NCBI GenBank assembly: GCA_964541375.1
Contig: CAZIPT010000003.1
Span: 1-61,777 of the forward strand
DNA length: 61,777 nucleotides
From: an uncultured Eubacteriales bacterium
Lineage (GTDB): Bacteria > Actinomycetota > Coriobacteriia > Anaerosomatales > JAAXUF01
Direction of reading: 5' to 3'
Every line of letters starts with the position of its first letter. Position 1 is the stretch's first letter. A program made the translations under genes and the position numbers. Positions 47,332 to 54,530 of the stretch are shown here, piece after piece. The notes under the pieces are model-generated. The model ran no database searches. It was not told where the DNA came from and saw only the letters and a program-made list of their open reading frames with translations.

Positions 47332-47691
47332 CTACGGGTTACGGACCTTGACGCCTTGCACGTGGACCTGAACCGACGAGACCTTCACATCAGCCGTGTT
47401 GGCAAGAACGTACTTCACGCGGTTGGCGAGGTTGTGTGACACCTCGGTGATATTGGTGCCGAACTCGATAACGACATAGAGATCGACAATGACTCCCTCG
47501 TCAGCGGTCTGGACTTTGACGCCCTTACGCAGCTTCGCGGCCGGAAGGAGTTGGGCCACACCCTCGCGGAGAGAAGGACTGGCCATGCCTACGATTCCGT
47601 AGCTCTCCAACGCCGCATATCCAGCCAGATCGGCTAGAACATCGTTGGCGACGTTTACCGTGCCGGCTACAGGCTCAGGCATGGGCCTCAC
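47332..47691 (-). CDS. Asp23/Gls24 family envelope stress protein
   Basis: ORF 47332..47691-. ...NDVLADLAGYAALESYGIVGM... The start is either the GTG at 47691 (GTGA overlap with the upstream stop) or the ATG at 47682. Confidence 0.85.
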   Translation of the reverse strand: MRPMPEPVAGTVNVANDVLADLAGYAALESYGIVGMASPSLREGVAQLLPAAKLRKGVKVQTADEGVIVDLYVVIEFGTNITEVSHNLANRVKYVLANTADVKVSSVQVHVQGVKVRNP

Positions 47692-47903
47692 TCCTCTGGT
47701 GCGGTTGAAACGGGCAGCTCGTTGAGGTCAGCGAGCAGAACTTCGACTGACACATCGTGCATCGCAGCCACGGCCGACACGGTCTCCATGCCGGAAGCCA
47801 GGCACGACGCACACGCAAGCCCGTGCCTGTCAAACACATCGGCTGCCTCAGGGTAGGCCACCATGATGTCGCGGATCATGCTGTCGCGTGTGATCCCAGC
47901 CAT
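47688..47903 (-). CDS. DUF1858 / hybrid-cluster-associated redox-disulfide-like small protein (CxxC)
   Basis: ORF 47688..48068- trimmed to the ATG at 47901-47903 (MAGITRDSMIRDIMVAYPEAADVFDRHGLACASCLASGMETV...), preceded by GAGGGGGAG. Confidence 0.7.
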   Translation of the reverse strand: MAGITRDSMIRDIMVAYPEAADVFDRHGLACASCLASGMETVSAVAAMHDVSVEVLLADLNELPVSTAPEE

Positions 47904-47996
47904 GATGGCTCCCCCTCTCAGCGGGCTCAGCGCCGTAGAGCACAGTATAGCCGACCTCCACAGACCGACCAGCCGGGCCCCGCGACTCGGCAGCAC

Positions 47997-48026
47997 TTGT
48001 TCGCGCTGGGAAGACCGTGGTAGGAT
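47997..48026 (+). promoter_or_regulatory. Sigma-70-type promoter of rpmB (extended -10)
   Basis: TTGTTC (47997..48002), 18 nt spacer, TGgTAGGAT (48018..48026). GAGGAG SD at 48089..48094. Confidence 0.5.
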
Positions 48027-48102
48027 TTCCTTCGTTTTGTGCCCAGAAGAATCACCCGGTCGGTCCAAGCCGGCCTATCAGAACCCATGAGGAGCGTGTG
48101 AA

Positions 48103-48291
48103 ATGTCGCAGGTCTGCGCAGTTTGTGGAAAGCACCCGGTGGCGGGCCGCAACGTCAGCCACTCTCACAGAGTCACCAATCGCGTCTTCAAGCCCAATAT
48201 CCAGAAGGTGACGGCGGTCATCAACGGCCACGTCAAGCAGGTCAAGGTCTGCACCAAGTGTATGAAGGCCGGCAAGGTCACGCGCGTCTAG
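48103..48291 (+). CDS. rpmB: 50S ribosomal protein L28
   Basis: ORF 48103..48291+. MSQVCAVCGKHPVAGRNVSHSHRVTNRVFKPNIQKV... Divergent from the asp23 operon, as in Bacillus. Confidence 0.93.
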   Translation: MSQVCAVCGKHPVAGRNVSHSHRVTNRVFKPNIQKVTAVINGHVKQVKVCTKCMKAGKVTRV

Positions 48292-48312
48292 TTCGCACCC
48301 GACAAATCTGCC

Positions 48313-48344
48313 ACGAACGGCCGCCCTCAGGGGCGGCCGTTCGT
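48313..48344. terminator. Bidirectional intrinsic terminator between rpmB and the HD-GYP gene
   Basis: ACGAACGGCCGCCC-TCAG-GGGCGGCCGTTCGT (14 bp perfect stem), followed by TTTTG on the plus strand. Confidence 0.7.
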
Positions 48345-48394
48345 TTTGTCGGCCTGGGCGAGGAGTAGGCTCGCGGCGCGGTTCCGGAGCATGC

Positions 48395-50248
48395 CTAGGA
48401 ACGCATCGCGAAGCTTCCTGCCTCGCTGGAGGTCAGCTGGACCAGCGCCTCGACGACTGCCGGGTCGAACTGCGTCCCCGCGTTGCCCGTGAGCTCCTCC
48501 ATCGCCTGCTCCGCGGACATGGCTGCGCGGTAAGGCCGGGTCGACGTCATCGCTACGAACGCGTCGGCAACGGACAAGATCCGGGCGCCCATCGGGATTT
48601 CTTCGCCTATCAGCCCTTGCGCGTAGCCGCTCCCGTCGAAATGCTCGTGATGATGGAAGACAATCGGGATCACGGCTTGCAACGCCGGCGCCTGGCCCAG
48701 GATCTCGGCAGCGATCTGAGGATGCATCTTCAGCATCCCCCACTCCACCGTGGTGAGCGGCCGGTTTGTGACAGCGACCCCGTCGCCCGCAGCCGACATT
48801 CCGATGTCGTGGAGCAGCGCGGCGAGTCGCAGAGAGTGCGCGTCGCCTTCGTCCAGTCCCATGGCCGCGCCAAGTCGACTGGTGATCTCGAGGACGCGTG
48901 CTGTCCCGCCCCGCGTGTACGGGTCGCGAGTTTCCATTGCAAGGGCGAGTGCCTTCAAGGTGTCGAAGAAAAGGTCTTGAGTGACCGTCACGGCGCGAGC
49001 ATTGCGCAGAGAGGTGGCCGTGATGCGGCCAATGGCTTCGAGGGCCCGGACGTGTGACCGCGAGAATCGCGCGTGGAATCTTCGGCTTCCCACGTTCAGC
49101 ACACCCAGAACGCCGTCGTCGTCAGATATCGGGACCGACGCCGCAGAAAGCACGCCGTGTCGACGACTCTGCGGACCCTTGTGATCCAGGTCTTCAACCA
49201 CCAGCGGCCGTCCGCTCGCAAGTACCCACCCCGCGATGCCTTCGCCCTCGGAGACCCGTGTGGCTCCCACCACTTCATCGGGCAACCCGCAGGCGGACGC
49301 GATGCTCATCTTGGAACCGTCCGGGTCCAGAAGCATGACACTGCCGGTCTCAGCGCCGGACAGCTTCAAAGCGTGCTCGAGCGCGGCGATCACAACGGCG
49401 TCAGGATCGATGAGGCGCGAGAGGTTGCCCGCGGTCTCGAGGAGTTGTCGGGCCGAACTCGCTTCCGAACGCGCCACGTGCAGGGCCAGAGATCCGGTCA
49501 GGACCCCGCGCATCGAGGCGAACACGGATTCCATGACTGCCTGGTCGGGGGGTGCGTCGCCGATGAAGTCCACTGCGACGACACCCGATGCCTCTTCGGT
49601 GATCAGCGGAAACGCCCAGCGCCAGCTTGGCGTCCCGGGGTCTTCATGAGCGGCGTCGCCGAGTCGCTCGAAGCGGGCAGTCTCACTGTCGAGCACCTCG
49701 CCGAGAAGTCCTTGGTTCGCCGGGAGCGGTGTGGGGTCCAGGTGCGCGTTTCCCTGGGCGCAGACGAGTCGCAGTGTAGGCGTGCCTACGTCTTCCAGCC
49801 ACAGGTGAGCTGAGACCGAGGATCCCGCGATGCTCGAGTTCTTGAGCAACGCTCCGAGCACCGCGCACGGATCCACGCTCACTGGAACCGTCAAGTCCAG
49901 TCCAGGGACATGGATCGGCTCAGACTCCGTGACGTCGTCCGCCGCCGAAGAGTCGACCTCTAAGGTCTTTGGCGTCTCCGCAGCAACAACTTCGGAATCG
50001 GCGACCGCGTCCTGAGGCGTTACCGGGGTCTCAAACCCCGCACGCATTTCCGCCTCGACCCCGAGCTTGGAGACTGCGCCCCTCGCGTTTCGGCCGAGAG
50101 TCGACATCATCGCTGCCCAAACTGCGAAAGCGCCGGCGACGGCGGCCGCACCGAGCGCGAGGCGCACGTTGAAGGCCGCCGAGACAACGGCGAACACGAG
50201 CGCGAGGCCCGAGAATGCGAGGATGACCCATTGGATCGAGCGCTTCAT
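48395..50248 (-). CDS. Membrane-anchored GAF / HD-GYP-type phosphohydrolase (c-di-GMP phosphodiesterase family, GYA variant)
   Basis: ORF 48395..50248-. Two N-terminal TM segments, a GAF-like region (...GEGIAGWVLASGRPLVVEDLD...), then LLHDIGM ... HHHEHFDGSGYAQGL ... SVADAFVAMTSTRPYR. Confidence 0.85.
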   Translation of the reverse strand: MKRSIQWVILAFSGLALVFAVVSAAFNVRLALGAAAVAGAFAVWAAMMSTLGRNARGAVSKLGVEAEMRAGFETPVTPQDAVADSEVVAAETPKTLEVDSSAADDVTESEPIHVPGLDLTVPVSVDPCAVLGALLKNSSIAGSSVSAHLWLEDVGTPTLRLVCAQGNAHLDPTPLPANQGLLGEVLDSETARFERLGDAAHEDPGTPSWRWAFPLITEEASGVVAVDFIGDAPPDQAVMESVFASMRGVLTGSLALHVARSEASSARQLLETAGNLSRLIDPDAVVIAALEHALKLSGAETGSVMLLDPDGSKMSIASACGLPDEVVGATRVSEGEGIAGWVLASGRPLVVEDLDHKGPQSRRHGVLSAASVPISDDDGVLGVLNVGSRRFHARFSRSHVRALEAIGRITATSLRNARAVTVTQDLFFDTLKALALAMETRDPYTRGGTARVLEITSRLGAAMGLDEGDAHSLRLAALLHDIGMSAAGDGVAVTNRPLTTVEWGMLKMHPQIAAEILGQAPALQAVIPIVFHHHEHFDGSGYAQGLIGEEIPMGARILSVADAFVAMTSTRPYRAAMSAEQAMEELTGNAGTQFDPAVVEALVQLTSSEAGSFAMRS

Positions 50249-50301
50249 GTCCGTATCATGCCTGCCCTTAGATTGGTCGCAGTATATCTTCGACCAAACT
50301 G

Positions 50302-50970
50302 CTACGTCTCTTGAGCGCGAGCTGGCCCCGCGACCTGCGGCGAAAAGACCAGGACGACGCCACCGGACACGCTGATCTGCGCAACACCGTTCGAGTCCAA
50401 GCGGTTGCTCAGCCCAAGAGTCGATGTGGGAACAAGCTCCTGGTCACTGAGCTCCCACACCACGCCACGGGCTGAGACCATGGCGGGTGCCCCGAAGGAT
50501 GACAGCGAAATCGTCGCGCCGGAACCCGTCAAGACGAGCGATCTGCGTCCCTCCAGGGAAAGCACCCAGACGTCCAAGTCGGGTTCGACCAGGTGGGGCC
50601 GGAGGTCGGAAGCCGCCGACAACGCCCCGAGAACCGCGAGCGTGTGGTCCAGCCTGCCCGAAGCCGCTGCCGTCAGCGTGATGTCCGTCGTGCCCCGCCG
50701 CCGGGCCTCTGCGATGGCTAACTCCAGGTCGGAGACGTCCTTGTCGATAGGGAACGCCTGAATCGGTACGCCGAGTTCGCGAAGTCGGCCCAAGTCCTCG
50801 ACGGGCAGCGAGTCAAAGTCCCCCACTACGAGGTCGGGCCGCACGCCAGCCTCGAGACAGAGCGAACTGCCGCCGTCGACCGCGATGGTCATGTCGTGGC
50901 GAAGCGCAAGATCGGCGAGGAGCTCGACGGTGCCGGGGACAGGCGCAGCGCATACCAGAAGGGCCCTCAT
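50302..50970 (-). CDS. thiN: Thiamine pyrophosphokinase
   Basis: ORF 50302..50970-. ...IAVDGG...VVGDFDS... TPK catalytic motif and a C-terminal B1-binding domain. ATGA overlap with the thiT stop. Confidence 0.85.
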   Translation of the reverse strand: MRALLVCAAPVPGTVELLADLALRHDMTIAVDGGSSLCLEAGVRPDLVVGDFDSLPVEDLGRLRELGVPIQAFPIDKDVSDLELAIAEARRRGTTDITLTAAASGRLDHTLAVLGALSAASDLRPHLVEPDLDVWVLSLEGRRSLVLTGSGATISLSSFGAPAMVSARGVVWELSDQELVPTSTLGLSNRLDSNGVAQISVSGGVVLVFSPQVAGPARAQET

Positions 50971-51557
50971 GCCGCCTCACCGGCTTCGAGCGAGGGAAGT
51001 GGGACAGCGGCGTTCAGGACCGGCAGAACCAGTAGCGCGCCTACGATGCTCAGAACAAGAGAGGGCGCCACATAGCTGAGGTTGTACAGCGCCGAGTAGA
51101 CCCAGACCGGTGTACCCGCTGGAGCGTTGGTGCCGAAGAAGACGATCCCGGATACGAAGTGGGCGCCAAACCGGCCAGCGGCGCCCAGAACCATCCATGG
51201 CACAGCGATCGTCTCGGCGGCGACCTTGTGTCCCGAAGCGACAAGCGAACGGTACTGCCGAGAGCCAAACCCGGCTAACGAGAGGAGAGCGAACGCGACG
51301 GGGTAGTCGAGCAGCACCTGGACCGGCGCTGCCGCGTAGGGCTCGAAGAAGAAGTCGATGACACCGAACGCAGCCCCGGCGATGGCGGCGGGAACGACCC
51401 CTCGGCGCAAAGCAAGAATCAGAATCGGCAGCATCGCGAGCGAGATATCACCGCCGGCAAAGTTCCACGGCAGTTGGATGCGCCAGAGCTTCAGAACGGC
51501 GCAGAGCGCTATGGTAAGCGCGATCTCGGCGAGAACTCGGACCTTGTCAGATCTCAC
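50967..51557 (-). CDS. thiT: ECF-type thiamine transporter S component ThiT
   Basis: ORF 50967..51749- trimmed to the GTG at 51555-51557 (VRSDKVRVLAEIALTIAL...), preceded by CAGGGAG. ...GGDISLAMLPILILALRRG..., VQVLLDYPVAF and HFVSGIVFFG match the ThiT/YuaJ pattern. Confidence 0.8.
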   Translation of the reverse strand: MRSDKVRVLAEIALTIALCAVLKLWRIQLPWNFAGGDISLAMLPILILALRRGVVPAAIAGAAFGVIDFFFEPYAAAPVQVLLDYPVAFALLSLAGFGSRQYRSLVASGHKVAAETIAVPWMVLGAAGRFGAHFVSGIVFFGTNAPAGTPVWVYSALYNLSYVAPSLVLSIVGALLVLPVLNAAVPLPSLEAGEAA

Positions 51558-51620
51558 GCGAACTCCCTGGGTCGATGGCCGGGATGCCGAACCACGGACT
51601 GAGCGGGAAGGGACAACGCC

Positions 51621-51732
51621 CCTCGCCCCAGGGGCGAAGCCGTCGTGCGGGCTCCGCATTACCGGAGCCGTCTTCTCGGTCGCGACGTCTCGTCGCCTCT
51701 CAGCCGCCTGACTTGCAGCTCCCGACACGGTG
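51621..51732 (-). promoter_or_regulatory. THI-box (TPP riboswitch)-like leader of thiT-thiN, with atypical P4/P5 arm, plus downstream hairpin
   Basis: Minus-strand RNA: ...UCGGGAGC-(hairpin)-GCUGAGAG-GCGACGAGACGUCGC-GACCGAGAAGAC-GGCUCCG GUAAUG CGGAGCC-CGCACGACGG. CUGAGA, the ACC element and the UAAUG loop are THI-box-like. It is followed by CUUCGCCC-CUG-GGGCGAGG. The genomic context (thiT) strongly predicts a TPP riboswitch. Confidence 0.5.
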
Positions 51733-51747
51733 TTCAGTTGTCTGGGC

Positions 51748-51776
51748 ATTCTCCGGCATCATGCCGGGCTACGCAA
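51748..51776 (-). promoter_or_regulatory. Candidate promoter of the thiT-thiN leader
   Basis: Minus strand: TTGCGT (51771..51776), 17 nt spacer, GAGAAT (51748..51753). It overlaps a CCGGCAT-G-ATGCCGG palindrome just after the M23 gene stop. Confidence 0.35.
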
Positions 51777-51783
51777 CTGGCCG

Positions 51784-52872
51784 CTACTCCATCTGCCGCA
51801 GGTACGGATAGGGGTTGACGGGACTCCCATGAGGCTGAATCTGGAGATGGAGATGGGGGGCACCCCCGGCCGCGTTTCCTGTCGATCCCACATAGCCGAT
51901 GATCTGGCCCGCTTTGACGCTCCCCGACCTGACCGCCCAGCCGTCGAGGTGAGCGTAGTAGAAGGTCCAGCCGTTGTTCGCCGAGAGATAGATCGTCTTG
52001 CCGCCAAGCCCTCCGGACTTCGACGAAACCCGTCCCGGCAGAATCGCGACGACGGGAGTTCCTCTCGGCGCCATGAGGTCGGTCCCCTTGTGAGATCGCC
52101 GACCGCCGCCACGTGACGCACCCCACGTGTCCGAGTAGTAGTACGAACCAACCACCGGAAAGACCATCCCGTTGGGACCGGGAACGGAGGCCACGCCCGA
52201 CGGACGGTTGGGACCTCCGCGAACAGCGTCGAGCTCCGCTTTGACCCGCGCGAACTCCTTCTGCTTGGACTTCAACTTCGCCTGGAGGCGGTCCCGCTCG
52301 GCCTTCAGTGACGCCACGGCCTTCTTCGCGCTTCGCTTCTCGGCGGCGAGTTCCGCTCGCTCCTTGTTGAGCTTGTCACGTATTCGCTTCACCTCTGCGA
52401 CGGCCTCGGCGTCCGACTGCCCGATACGCCGCATCAGGTCAACACGGGTAACGAGGTCCTCGAAGCTTGCTGAACCTACGAGAACCTCAAGCGGCGTGAC
52501 CTGGCTCCTGCGGTAGATTGCGACTGCGTGATCGCCGAGAAGGGCGCGCGCGGCCGCGAGCTCGACCTTGGTCTTCGCAATCTTCTTATCGGTCTTCTCG
52601 ACCTTGACTTCCACTTCGTCCAAGCGCCAGTAGGCCTTGTCCCATTGGTCGCCGGCCTTCTTGGTCTCACTCTTGAGTTGGTCCAGCTGCGCCTTGAGCT
52701 GTTCGGCGCTCTGACCGGGTGCCGCATACGCTGTCGAAAGACCCAGGCTCGCGGTGACCAGGCATACGAAGAAGACGATCGTGACGACTCTTCGAATCAG
52801 CGTGACGCCCCCTTGACGCCGTAGATCTCGGCTATCCCGCGGTAGATGGATCGTGCGACAGCGTCTGCCCAC
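51784..52872 (-). CDS. Secreted coiled-coil M23 (LytM-type) metallopeptidase, EnvC/PcsB/CwlO-like architecture, catalytic residues intact
   Basis: ORF 51784..52872-. Signal/TM segment IVFFVCLVTASLGLSTAYA and ~200 aa of coiled coil. M23 domain with HKGTD (HxxxD) and PHLHLQI (HxH). Start is uncertain: the GTG at 52872 overlaps the upstream gene by 76 nt. Confidence 0.85.
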   Translation of the reverse strand: MGRRCRTIHLPRDSRDLRRQGGVTLIRRVVTIVFFVCLVTASLGLSTAYAAPGQSAEQLKAQLDQLKSETKKAGDQWDKAYWRLDEVEVKVEKTDKKIAKTKVELAAARALLGDHAVAIYRRSQVTPLEVLVGSASFEDLVTRVDLMRRIGQSDAEAVAEVKRIRDKLNKERAELAAEKRSAKKAVASLKAERDRLQAKLKSKQKEFARVKAELDAVRGGPNRPSGVASVPGPNGMVFPVVGSYYYSDTWGASRGGGRRSHKGTDLMAPRGTPVVAILPGRVSSKSGGLGGKTIYLSANNGWTFYYAHLDGWAVRSGSVKAGQIIGYVGSTGNAAGGAPHLHLQIQPHGSPVNPYPYLRQME

Positions 52873-53948
52873 TTTGGGTCCTTGAAGTTCGTGAGGTCCT
52901 CGGGCGCGGCAGTCGAACCGAGTCGCACGCGCGACCAGGGGGCCCGGGCCGCACTAAGGATCGTGTCCGTGGCCGTGGTCGACGCCTGTCCCGTGAGGCC
53001 GTTCGCCACCAGCGCAGTCGCTATCCCCGTCGCTAGGGTGCGAGAGGGCTCGACGATGGCCTTGGTGCCGGTCAGAGGATAGAGAGCAACTATCCCCTTC
53101 TGCCCGCCAGCCGCGACCTCAAGTCCGACCGCCAGAGTGGCGGGACCCACCGCGGCACGCCGTGCCCGTATGGGGGCCGATGCTGCGACCCCGGTGTCGG
53201 TGAGTGAGCGAGTTGCCGTGACCGTGCCCCCGGATGCCTCGATCAAGGACCGCAGCCGCCGAGATACCTCGAGTGTGACGTCGGTCTGCCCCCGCGGTAC
53301 CGGGGCCGGGTCGACGGTCACCGCAACGCCCTGGAGGTTGAGTGGCAGCAGCGCGGTGTCGCTAGCGCCTTGCGACGCCACGGTAACTCGGATGATCGAC
53401 CCGGTGCGCACCATGACGCCGGGCGATGGGTTGGTTGCCAGAACGGTATCGCTCGCCTGCGGCGAGGGCTCGGTCTCCACGCGGAGTTCCAGTCCTTTAC
53501 CTTCGAGCACGCCGCGCGCAAGAAGGAGCCCATTCCCAACGACATCGGGCATCGCGAACTCCTCGGTACCCGCCGAGACGACCACGGTGATCGAGTCACC
53601 TTTGCGCGCCGCAGATCCGGGAGCCGGTGACTGACTGATGACCGTATCCGCAGGCAAGACCGAGAAGCGCCTCTCGGCTACGACGACCTTGAGGCGGTCG
53701 GTTCCCGCGCGGGTCTCCGCCACTCCGAGCTTGAGGCCGACGATCTTGGGAACGGCGATGCTCGAGACGCTATTGGCATATAGCAGGCCCAGAACCACTA
53801 GTGCCAGGGCTCCGAGTGACACAGCAATGGTGATCGGAACCCACTTCGGTACCAGTGGAGGCCGAGACAACCGCGGGCGGTCGGGGCTCCCCGAACCAGT
53901 CACGGCGGGTTCGGCGAAGAAGTCGGATGTCGGTTCCGGTGACGTCAT
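52797..53948 (-). CDS. Single-pass membrane protein with two extracellular PASTA domains and a C-terminal amidase_3-like domain lacking the Zn-ligand histidines
   Basis: ORF 52797..54233- trimmed to the ATG at 53946-53948 (AGGAG SD 5 nt upstream). TM segment WVPITIAVSLGALALVVLGLLYA. PASTA repeats VPKIVGLKLGVAE...VISQSPAPGS...ITVVVSAG and MPDVVGNGLLLAR...VLATNPSPG...IRVTVAS. The tail ...RVRLGSTAAPEDLTNFKDPKWADAVARSIYRGIAEIY resembles the end of MurNAc-LAA amidases, but VDPAPVP replaces DPGHGG and GLEVAA replaces SIHANA. Confidence 0.75.
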   Translation of the reverse strand: MTSPEPTSDFFAEPAVTGSGSPDRPRLSRPPLVPKWVPITIAVSLGALALVVLGLLYANSVSSIAVPKIVGLKLGVAETRAGTDRLKVVVAERRFSVLPADTVISQSPAPGSAARKGDSITVVVSAGTEEFAMPDVVGNGLLLARGVLEGKGLELRVETEPSPQASDTVLATNPSPGVMVRTGSIIRVTVASQGASDTALLPLNLQGVAVTVDPAPVPRGQTDVTLEVSRRLRSLIEASGGTVTATRSLTDTGVAASAPIRARRAAVGPATLAVGLEVAAGGQKGIVALYPLTGTKAIVEPSRTLATGIATALVANGLTGQASTTATDTILSAARAPWSRVRLGSTAAPEDLTNFKDPKWADAVARSIYRGIAEIYGVKGASR

Positions 53949-54074
53949 GATGGCTCCTAGTGTATACGATGCCCGTACCCGAACCTTGCCCTTTGAGCCG
54001 CATGGTATGTACCCTGCATGGTCATGCTCCCGGCGAATGCGAGCCGGATTCCGGAACCACTGTGAGGATTGCGG

Positions 54075-54362
54075 ATGCCAACGTACGACTTTCGATGCTC
54101 CAGCTGCGACCGCGAGTTCGAAGTATCCCGCCCTATGCGGGCGACGGACGATATCTGTTGTCCCACATGCGGAGGCGCTTCGACCAAGGTCTTTGCTCCT
54201 GTGTCCGTCGCGTTCAAGGGCAGCGGATTCCACAATACCGACTACCGCCCCAAGCCGGTCGACCCGTCTTCGGACGTACCCGCTGCGCCTTCGGCCTGCC
54301 CCGCCAGCACTGACGGCGCGGCAGCGTGCGCTGCCTGCCCCGCGAGCTCTCCCGCCGAGTAG
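54075..54362 (+). CDS. FmdB-family zinc-ribbon protein (CxxC-x-CxxC)
   Basis: ORF 54069..54362+, whose track start is a TTG, trimmed to the ATG at 54075 (MPTYDFRCSSCDREFEVSRPM...CCPTCGG...). GAGGA SD 6 nt upstream. Confidence 0.85.
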   Translation: MPTYDFRCSSCDREFEVSRPMRATDDICCPTCGGASTKVFAPVSVAFKGSGFHNTDYRPKPVDPSSDVPAAPSACPASTDGAAACAACPASSPAE

Positions 54363-54410
54363 CCCGGGCGACGTGGGGGCGACACGCCCGCGCGATCATC
54401 CCGTCCGAGA

Positions 54411-54444
54411 CAGCAAGGGCCCCACGACTGCGGGGCCCTTGCTG
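54411..54444. terminator. Convergent-gene hairpin between the FmdB gene and glpX (terminator candidate without clear U-tract)
   Basis: CAGCAAGGGCCCC-ACGACTGC-GGGGCCCTTGCTG (13 bp perfect stem). Confidence 0.5.
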
Positions 54445-54530
54445 TTCATCCGTACTGCCTTAGGCGGGGCAGGATCCGCGGAGACTCGAGTTGCTCACAT
54501 GCAAGATCGCCGAGACGTCCGTCCAGGATG

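Noticed and set aside
48123-48368. 81-aa plus-strand ORF overlapping rpmB in another frame and reading through the terminator
   Set aside because: It is out of frame with the well-conserved L28 gene and runs across a 14-bp terminator stem, so it is not credible as a gene.
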